From positions 1-44,941 of the forward strand of contig CAZOVC010000004.1 of assembly GCA_964583485.1 (NCBI GenBank): a DNA stretch of 44,941 nt, written 5' to 3'. Within the stretch, counting starts at the first letter, position 1. Each line of letters starts with the position of its first letter. The position numbers and the translations under genes are program-made. Shown here in pieces: positions 38,555 through 44,941 of this stretch. The notes below the pieces were generated by a model. That model was given only the letters and a program-made list of their open reading frames with translations, searched no databases and was not told where the DNA came from. This DNA comes from an uncultured Candidatus Saccharibacteria bacterium. GTDB lineage: Bacteria; Patescibacteriota; Minisyncoccia; Minisyncoccales; GWA2-38-27.

Positions 38555-39255
38555 ATTTCAGCGGGTTGATTATTTGTTAATTCACAAATTAAGCTAGTTA
38601 GGTTTTTTGCTTCTTGCTCTTGCCCTGAATTTTCTCCCGAACCAACTCTATAATATTTGCATCCTAAGACTAAAGCTGGAACGCCTCCATCACTGTATTT
38701 TTCAAAAATATCCGCATCGTTATCCAAACTTATATTATTATGAAATGATATATATCCCTCAAATTCCGATGCTACTTTTTCAATAATTGGACGCTCCCAG
38801 ATGCAATGAGGACAGGTCTCAGAACCAAAAAAATAAACAATTGGTTTATCATCTTCCATACAAATCTCATCACTGCTTACTGAAAAATTCCCGATTGTCT
38901 GATTTGTCTCTTCTGCCGATGCTTCAATCTCTATTAAATCAATTACCTGTGGAAAAATAAGTTTTCCATTTTTTGTTATACGCCACTCTACTTCTTCTTC
39001 TTCAACTTTAAACCTAACTTTATACAACCCATCTTCTTCTAATGTTTCTATCAAAGAAATAGGAGTTTGTCCTTGCAGGATATTTTCATCAATAAAACTT
39101 ATTACTCTTTCGCCTGCTTCTTCTAAAGACAAAACCTCTCCTTGCTCTTTTATTGCTTCTTCTGCTGAAGACCTTATATAATTAGTGTAAATAATTACTC
39201 CGGTAATTAAAAGACCAACTGCAATAATAACGACTGGTATTGTTTTGTTATTCAT
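38542..39255 (-). CDS. membrane-anchored thioredoxin-fold protein
   Basis: N-terminal TM; CPHC and GVP. Confidence 0.8.
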   Translation of the reverse strand: MNNKTIPVVIIAVGLLITGVIIYTNYIRSSAEEAIKEQGEVLSLEEAGERVISFIDENILQGQTPISLIETLEEDGLYKVRFKVEEEEVEWRITKNGKLIFPQVIDLIEIEASAEETNQTIGNFSVSSDEICMEDDKPIVYFFGSETCPHCIWERPIIEKVASEFEGYISFHNNISLDNDADIFEKYSDGGVPALVLGCKYYRVGSGENSGQEQEAKNLTSLICELTNNQPAEICQK

Positions 39256-39901
39256 ATAGTTTAGTATACTTTATTAAACCAGCGTAGTCAATCTCAAGAT
39301 TAATAATATCTTTGTCTGAAATTTTCTCAAGATATTTTACAAGCGCTCTCAAAGAATTATGACTGGCAACTACTAAAACATTCTGGCCCTTTTTTAAATC
39401 TTTTTCTATGTATTTTTTGTAAAAAGGAATCACTCTTTTGTAAACGTCTTTTAAGCTTTCCCCGCCTCCGGGCGGAGAAACGTTATAACTTCTTCTCCAA
39501 AGATGAACTTTATCTTTTCCGTATTTAGCCATGGTTTCTTTTTTGTCTAAACCCTCAAGTTTTCCATAATGACGTTCGTTTAAATTTTTTGTAACGTATA
39601 CTGGCATAAAATTTCTTGGACCTTCAAAATAATCGCCCCATTTCTGAGTTTTTCCTTCGTCACGAGAAATAAAAATTGGATATTTTTGCTTACCAGCTTC
39701 TAAAATACGCGCTACTGTATCTATATTTCGAAAAAGAGGCGAGGTAAAAATTTCATCAATACGAACCTGAAAAATTTCCTTAGCTTTTTTAGCAGCATCT
39801 TTTTTTCCATCTTGACTGATTGGCACATCTGTCCAACCAGAAAAACGATTTTCCAAATTCCATTGAGATTTAAAATGCCTTAATAAAAATAATTTAGCCA
39901 T
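39248..39901 (-). CDS. gpmA: 2,3-BPG-dependent phosphoglycerate mutase (divergent)
   Basis: RH..SQWNLENRFSGW.DV, LNERHYG.L.G, WRRSY, PPGGGESL. Confidence 0.88.
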   Translation of the reverse strand: MAKLFLLRHFKSQWNLENRFSGWTDVPISQDGKKDAAKKAKEIFQVRIDEIFTSPLFRNIDTVARILEAGKQKYPIFISRDEGKTQKWGDYFEGPRNFMPVYVTKNLNERHYGKLEGLDKKETMAKYGKDKVHLWRRSYNVSPPGGGESLKDVYKRVIPFYKKYIEKDLKKGQNVLVVASHNSLRALVKYLEKISDKDIINLEIDYAGLIKYTKLYE

Positions 39902-39905
39902 AGTT

Positions 39906-41081
39906 TTATTTTAATTCTTTTTCAATTTGAAGCAAGCGATTATACTTCGCCAACCTCTCTGACGTAGCCGGGGCGCCGGATTTGATGAAGTCGGCGCCCA
40001 CGCCGACGGCCAAGTCCGCGATAAAATCGTCCCTGGTTTCGCCTGACCGGTGAGAAACAATAATCTTCCAGCCGTATAACTTTGCTAATTTTACCGCCTC
40101 CAAGGTCTCGGTTATTGTGCCAACTTGGTTTGGTTTAATAATAACTCCGTTGCAGGATTTGTTCTGCTCTGCTGTTTTAATTCTGGCTATATTTGTTGTC
40201 AAAAAATCATCGCCAACAATAATTATTTTATCACCCAGCTTTTTTGTAATTGTTTGAAAACCCGGCAAATCCGTTTCCGCAAAAGGGTCTTCAAAAAATA
40301 TAATCGGATAATTCTTTGTTATTTTTTTATAAAACTCTAATAAATCCCGGCTATTAATATTTTTATCGTCTAATTTGTATTCGCCCTCGGAAAAAAACTG
40401 GGAAGCGGCGCAATCAAGGCCAATTTGGGCCTGGCAGCCATCAATCGCCTGCATAAGATAATCCAAAACTTCCTTATCGTTGAAAATCGGCGGAGAAAAA
40501 CCGCCTTCATCCCCTATCTTGACAGCTTTTCTGCCGAACTCTTTTTCTAAAATATTTTTTAGTTTTTTAAAAATTTCTTTGCCAATTTTAAAATTTTCGG
40601 AAAATTTCTCATATTCCGGGATTACCATAAATTCCTGAATTTCTAAACTATTTTTGGCATGGACGCCGCCGTTTACGATATTAAAACATGGTCTCGGCAT
40701 CCGCCAATCTTCAACTTCTCTAATATATTTATAAAGGGGTAATTTCTTGACAGCAGCGCCGGCCCGGCACACAGCGATGGAAACCGCTAAAATGGCATTG
40801 GCGCCCAATTTTGATTTATTTCCAGTACCGTCTAATTTAATCATTATTTCGTCGATTTCTCTTTGTTTGGTCTGGTTTCTGCCGACGAGCTGGAGAGCGA
40901 TAATTTGATTTATATTTTCAATTGCTTTTCCCGCCTCCAGAGCAACCGCTTCGTATTTTCCTACGGAAGCGCCAGCCGGAACCGATGCTTTAAAAAAACC
41001 CTGCTCGGTTTTTAACTTAACCTCAACAGTTAGTTCTTCTCTTGAATCTAAAATTTCTTTGGCCTTAATATCTTTAATCAT
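39906..41081 (-). CDS. eno: enolase
   Basis: KLGANAILAVS, GDEGGF, KPNQVG, SHRSGET; start set at ATG 41081. Confidence 0.95.
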   Translation of the reverse strand: MIKDIKAKEILDSREELTVEVKLKTEQGFFKASVPAGASVGKYEAVALEAGKAIENINQIIALQLVGRNQTKQREIDEIMIKLDGTGNKSKLGANAILAVSIAVCRAGAAVKKLPLYKYIREVEDWRMPRPCFNIVNGGVHAKNSLEIQEFMVIPEYEKFSENFKIGKEIFKKLKNILEKEFGRKAVKIGDEGGFSPPIFNDKEVLDYLMQAIDGCQAQIGLDCAASQFFSEGEYKLDDKNINSRDLLEFYKKITKNYPIIFFEDPFAETDLPGFQTITKKLGDKIIIVGDDFLTTNIARIKTAEQNKSCNGVIIKPNQVGTITETLEAVKLAKLYGWKIIVSHRSGETRDDFIADLAVGVGADFIKSGAPATSERLAKYNRLLQIEKELK

Positions 41082-41129
41082 AAGTATTGGGAGACCCGAT
41101 CTCCCAATACTTTGGGAGATCGGGTCTCC
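41082..41129. repeat. two overlapping inverted repeats filling the trxB-eno spacer
   Basis: 13-bp IR 41082-41094/41100-41112 and 18-bp IR 41090-41107/41112-41129. Confidence 0.9.
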
Positions 41130-41130
41130 T

Positions 41131-42048
41131 TTAGCTTTTCTTTTGAATATAATTATAAGCGGCAAGCGCGGCTTTTGCTCCTTCGCCTGCAGCTGTAACA
41201 ATTTGCTTAACCACGCCAACGTTCAAATCGCCTGCCGCAAAAAGCCCTGGAGTTTTTGTCTGGCAGGTTTCATAATCAACCTTAATTTCATCTCTTTCAT
41301 TAAAATCAACCAGGCCTTTTATATAAGAAGTTGCCGGCTGATATCCAACTTCAACAAAAATACCTTCAACTTTTAATGTTTTCTCTTTTTTAGTTTTTTT
41401 ATCTTCGTAAATTATTGAATCAACAAAATTTTTACCTCTAATCTCCTTTAAACAAGTATTAGTAATTATTTCCGCTTTGCCGCTTTGTTCAACTGTTTTT
41501 TGATTTGCGTCAAAAGCCTTAACTTCCGGCCCAAATTCTAAAATATATATCTTTTTAGCAATTTTAGCCAAAAATATAGCGGTTTCAAAACCAGCATTTC
41601 CCCCTCCAATTATAGCTACTACTTTGTCCTTAAACATTGGTCCGTCGCATACAGAACAATAACTTACTCCTTTTCCAATAAACTCTTTTTCTCCAGGAAC
41701 TTCTAATGGACGCGGATCAGCACCTGAAGCAAGAATCACGGCTTTTGCCTGAAACTCCTTTTTCTTAGCAAAAACCAAAAAACCATGCTCTGTCTTTTCA
41801 ACCTTTCTTACTTCGTTCATCTCAATATCAATCTTCTGTATTTTCAAATGCTTTTCCATTTTCTGAACTAACTCAATTCCAGGAATTGATTCAAATCCGG
41901 GATAATTCTCAATACTAACAGCTTTTTTGGCTATCTGGCCTCCAAAACTCTTAGTAATTAAAAGAGTTTTTAAACCCAAACGACCAGCATAAATCCCAGC
42001 TGTCATCCCAGCCGGCCCCCCGCCGATAATAATTAATTCATATTTCAT
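41131..42048 (-). CDS. trxB: thioredoxin-disulfide reductase
   Basis: GGGPAG, GKGVSYCSVCDG, GLFAAGD. Confidence 0.92.
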   Translation of the reverse strand: MKYELIIIGGGPAGMTAGIYAGRLGLKTLLITKSFGGQIAKKAVSIENYPGFESIPGIELVQKMEKHLKIQKIDIEMNEVRKVEKTEHGFLVFAKKKEFQAKAVILASGADPRPLEVPGEKEFIGKGVSYCSVCDGPMFKDKVVAIIGGGNAGFETAIFLAKIAKKIYILEFGPEVKAFDANQKTVEQSGKAEIITNTCLKEIRGKNFVDSIIYEDKKTKKEKTLKVEGIFVEVGYQPATSYIKGLVDFNERDEIKVDYETCQTKTPGLFAAGDLNVGVVKQIVTAAGEGAKAALAAYNYIQKKS

Positions 42049-42049
42049 A

Positions 42050-42811
42050 TTACCCGGCCAGCCAGCCGCCGTCTACAACTACGGTGGAACCAGTCATATA
42101 AGAGGACTCATCTGATGCCAGAAACAAAACTAAATTAGAAACTTCTTGAGCATCTGCCAGGCGATGCATTGGAATCCTGGCTAAAATTCCTTTTTCTTGT
42201 TGATGGTCTTTCCTAATTGGGTCAATCATTAAAGTATCAATCATTCCGGGAGAAACAGCATTAACCCTGATATTAAGAGGCGCCAGTTCTACGGCCAAGG
42301 CCTCGGTCATTCCCACAATTCCTCCTTTGGAAGCGCAGTAATGAGCAATATTGGGGAAACCAATCCCCTGCTGGCCCATAGCCACAGACGCAATATTAAC
42401 AATCACTCCCTTTTTGTTTTTTGCCATTTCTTTTGCCGCTGCCTGGGCGCAAAGAAAATATCCCTTAAGATTTATATTTATCGTTCTATCCCATTCTTCT
42501 TCGGTAAGTTCTAAGAAAGGTTTAAACTGACAAATTCCAGCATTATTTACTAAAATATCCAACCTGCCCCATTTTTTTACTGCCTTTTTAACCATTTCAT
42601 CAGCTTCTTCTTTTTTGGAAACATCGCATTTTACAGCCAAAGCCTCGCCTTTTTCTTTTTCAATTTCTTTTACTACTTTTTCACAATCTTCCAAAGAAAT
42701 ATCAGAAACAACTACCCTTGCTCCGGCCTTAGCCAAAGTTAAAGCATGGGTCCTGCCCATACCTCTTCTGGCGCCAGTAACAATAGCTACTTTATTTTTT
42801 AAATTAAACAT
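42050..42811 (-). CDS. short-chain dehydrogenase/reductase (FabG-like)
   Basis: TGARRGMG, NNAG, YCASK. Confidence 0.92.
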   Translation of the reverse strand: MFNLKNKVAIVTGARRGMGRTHALTLAKAGARVVVSDISLEDCEKVVKEIEKEKGEALAVKCDVSKKEEADEMVKKAVKKWGRLDILVNNAGICQFKPFLELTEEEWDRTININLKGYFLCAQAAAKEMAKNKKGVIVNIASVAMGQQGIGFPNIAHYCASKGGIVGMTEALAVELAPLNIRVNAVSPGMIDTLMIDPIRKDHQQEKGILARIPMHRLADAQEVSNLVLFLASDESSYMTGSTVVVDGGWLAG

Positions 42812-42834
42812 CTTTAATTAAGTTAATTAAGTTT

Positions 42835-43713
42835 TTATTTTAGAAAACGACCTTTTATAATTTTAGGAATCGCTTCAATTAAATCGGTGGCCATTACTGA
42901 TTCTCCTAATTTTTTGCAAGCTATTTCCCCGGCCAAATCATTAATTAAAATCCCAGCTTGGGCTGCTTCAAAAGGACTTATCCCTCTGGATAACAAAGCC
43001 CCGCAAACGCCAGCTAAAGTATCTCCCATACCGCCGACGGTCATATATGGCGAACCAGCTTTGGCAATAGCAACTTCTTTGCCGTTAGAAATTATATCTA
43101 TTTTTCCTTTTAGTAAAATTGTTGTTTTAAGCCGGCCAGCTTCTTGCTGAACTATCTTTATTTTATCCTCGTCAGAAAGTTCAGCCACTTCTTTTCCTGT
43201 CAAAACGAAAAATTCGTGAGCATGGGGAGTAATCAAAGACGGCTGGTCAGATATTATTTCTGGTTTTTTCCCTAAAGCATAAATTCCATCAGCATCAACA
43301 ACAACTGGCACAGAAACTCGAGATAAGTATTCCAAAATTGTTTCTTGGGTTTCTGACGACCTTCCCATTCCTCCGCCAATCACTACAGCTGTTTTCCCTT
43401 TAGCAGCGGCTTTAGCTGATTCAGTCATTAAAATTAAAGTAACTAAGTGCTCTTTGTTCAAATGAACTCCTTGTAGAGGATAAGCTGCTAAATTAGGGCT
43501 AAAAGAAGCAATTATATCAGCTGCTCTTTTGGGAGCAATAATTCTAACCATATCTACTCCTGTCTTAAAAGCGGCCAGAGCTGAAAAAGCCGGAGAACCG
43601 CTGTAAAATTCTGAACCGCCGATAACTAACAAAAGCCCGTAATCGTATTTTCTAGCAGTCGCGGGCCTTTTTTGATAAATCTTTTTTAGAATGGATTTAT
43701 TTACTTCAATCAT
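42835..43713 (-). CDS. nnrD: ADP-dependent NAD(P)H-hydrate dehydratase
   Basis: IGGSEFYSGSP, VVDADG, ITPHAHEF, GGMGDTLAG. Confidence 0.9.
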   Translation of the reverse strand: MIEVNKSILKKIYQKRPATARKYDYGLLLVIGGSEFYSGSPAFSALAAFKTGVDMVRIIAPKRAADIIASFSPNLAAYPLQGVHLNKEHLVTLILMTESAKAAAKGKTAVVIGGGMGRSSETQETILEYLSRVSVPVVVDADGIYALGKKPEIISDQPSLITPHAHEFFVLTGKEVAELSDEDKIKIVQQEAGRLKTTILLKGKIDIISNGKEVAIAKAGSPYMTVGGMGDTLAGVCGALLSRGISPFEAAQAGILINDLAGEIACKKLGESVMATDLIEAIPKIIKGRFLK

Positions 43714-44591
43714 ATTATTTTTGATTCTTTTAAATAATCTTTCAGTTCTGGACCGTATTGGGGATGTTTTAAAGAAAGGTAAAGGTTTGATTTAAGCCAT
43801 CTTAGTTTATCCCCGCATTCAAGCCATTTTCCTTCAAGCTCATATCCGTAAATCACTTTCCCGTCCCTAAGCATATAATTATTAAAAACTTCAGCTAAAA
43901 TAATCTCATCTTTTTTGCTTGGTCTGGCTTTTTTCAAATAATCAAAAACTTCAGGAGTTAAAATATATCTTCCAATAACTGCCAGGTCAGAAGGAGCTTG
44001 TTCTAATGACGGTTTTTCTATAATTTTCTTAATTTTAAAAAAACGATTAGCAATTTTCTCAACACCAACTATTCCATAATGAGGTATTTTCTCCTTAGGC
44101 TGACGATTCAAAGCAATAACTGGTTTTTGGCATGTTTTAAAAACTTTAGCTAATTGAAAAACACCAGGAATTTTTGAGTCAATTATATCATCTCCAAACA
44201 TACAAGCCACTGGTTCATCACCTGTAAATTTTGCTGCTTGCAAAATGGCGTGACCATCTCCTAATGGCTCTTTCTGCATAACATAAGAAAAAGAAAGGTT
44301 TTTACAAAGCTCTTCTAAGTTTTTAACTTCAAATAAAATATCTTCTTTTTTCTTTTCTTTTAAAATCTTTTCTATTTTTGGACACGGCTTTAAATAATCT
44401 AAAATTTTCTTGTTCTCCGGTTTTAAAACAAAAATTATTTCTTTAATGCCTGACTGCTTTGCTTCAGAAATAATATATTGTATAATCGGCGCATCCACTA
44501 TTGGCCAAAGTTCTTTTGGCACCACTTTTGACAAAGGCAGAAATCTTGTACCTAAACCGGCGATAGGTATGATAGCTTTTTTTATTTCCAT
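43710..44591 (-). CDS. galU: UTP--glucose-1-phosphate uridylyltransferase
   Basis: AIIPIAGLGTRFLP.SK..PKEL, QKEPLGDGHA. Confidence 0.93.
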   Translation of the reverse strand: MEIKKAIIPIAGLGTRFLPLSKVVPKELWPIVDAPIIQYIISEAKQSGIKEIIFVLKPENKKILDYLKPCPKIEKILKEKKKEDILFEVKNLEELCKNLSFSYVMQKEPLGDGHAILQAAKFTGDEPVACMFGDDIIDSKIPGVFQLAKVFKTCQKPVIALNRQPKEKIPHYGIVGVEKIANRFFKIKKIIEKPSLEQAPSDLAVIGRYILTPEVFDYLKKARPSKKDEIILAEVFNNYMLRDGKVIYGYELEGKWLECGDKLRWLKSNLYLSLKHPQYGPELKDYLKESKII

Positions 44592-44941
44592 TATAATCTA
44601 TTGTTATTTTTTCTACGAAAAATTGCAGGAGTTTCCCAGATTTTTTCTCTTTCTATTAGTTCTTTTTCTTCTTCTTCAATGACCTTTTTTACTTGAAGAG
44701 CGTTTCGTCTAACTTTTCCGCCAATTTGTAAAACAGGCGTTGGAAAAGATGGTTTTGGTTTTGGTTTTGGTTTTAGCCGAGGCTTAGGTTTTGGTTGAGG
44801 TTGAGGTTGAGGTTTAGGTTTTGGCTTCCTTTCAGGTTCTGGTTGAGGTTCTGGTTGAGGTTCAGGTTTTGGCCTTGGCTTAGGTTTTGGCTTAGGTTTT
44901 GGCTTAGGTTTTGGCTTAGGTTTTGGTTTTTTAATACTCTT
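44591..44941 (-). CDS. ftsZ: probable C-terminus of FtsZ (partial, not in ORF track)
   Basis: open frame [10 protein letters not shown]...[28 protein letters not shown]; WETPAIFRR resembles the FtsZ C-terminal peptide DIPAFLR; TAATG overlap with galU. Confidence 0.6.
   Translation of the reverse strand, partial: KSIKKPKPKPKPKPKPKPKPKPRPKPEPQPEPQPEPERKPKPKPQPQPQPKPKPRLKPKPKPKPSFPTPVLQIGGKVRRNALQVKKVIEEEEKELIEREKIWETPAIFRRKNNNRL
44755..44930 (-). repeat. PK/PE/PQ coding repeats
   Basis: ttttggcttagg 12-bp units and related 6-bp units. Confidence 0.9.

Overview
AT-rich bacterial chromosome segment, most likely Patescibacteria/CPR (Parcubacteria-like). That assignment is an inference from rRNA features, loss of the canonical anti-Shine-Dalgarno and gene content. 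The code is standard table 11: TGA is used as stop in ATGA overlaps. Left part: partial Fic gene, small self-contained orphan genes, a Xer recombinase and gltX-mrdA-mreD-mreC. At 7.7-8.9 kb lies a small accessory island with back-to-back sigma70 promoters, a candidate ~135-nt multi-helix sRNA antisense to the 3' end of a PBECR/RelE-like nuclease gene, and a small ORF interrupted by one UGA. The rRNA operon is split (minus strand). The order is 16S, tRNA-Ile, greA, tRNA-Ala, about 5 kb of cargo (type II R-M, HD, Nudix, ASCH, SPFH, MscS-like), then 23S and 5S. The 23S carries a group I intron at about E. coli position 2500 encoding a LAGLIDADG endonuclease. Further right: rpsB-tsf-tRNA-Thr, a fused LPXTG-substrate/sortase gene, rpmE with an N-truncated prfA, and a long minus-strand metabolic cluster (fba, pfkB, ppsA, acs, gap, gpmA, eno, trxB, nnrD, galU). 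The window ends in the probable 3' end of ftsZ. Several intergenic spacers hold nested palindromes, and C-UUA-G-capped hairpins recur in both rRNA and spacers. No CRISPR array or transposase was seen. All calls come from manual motif reading; no database search or folding program was run.
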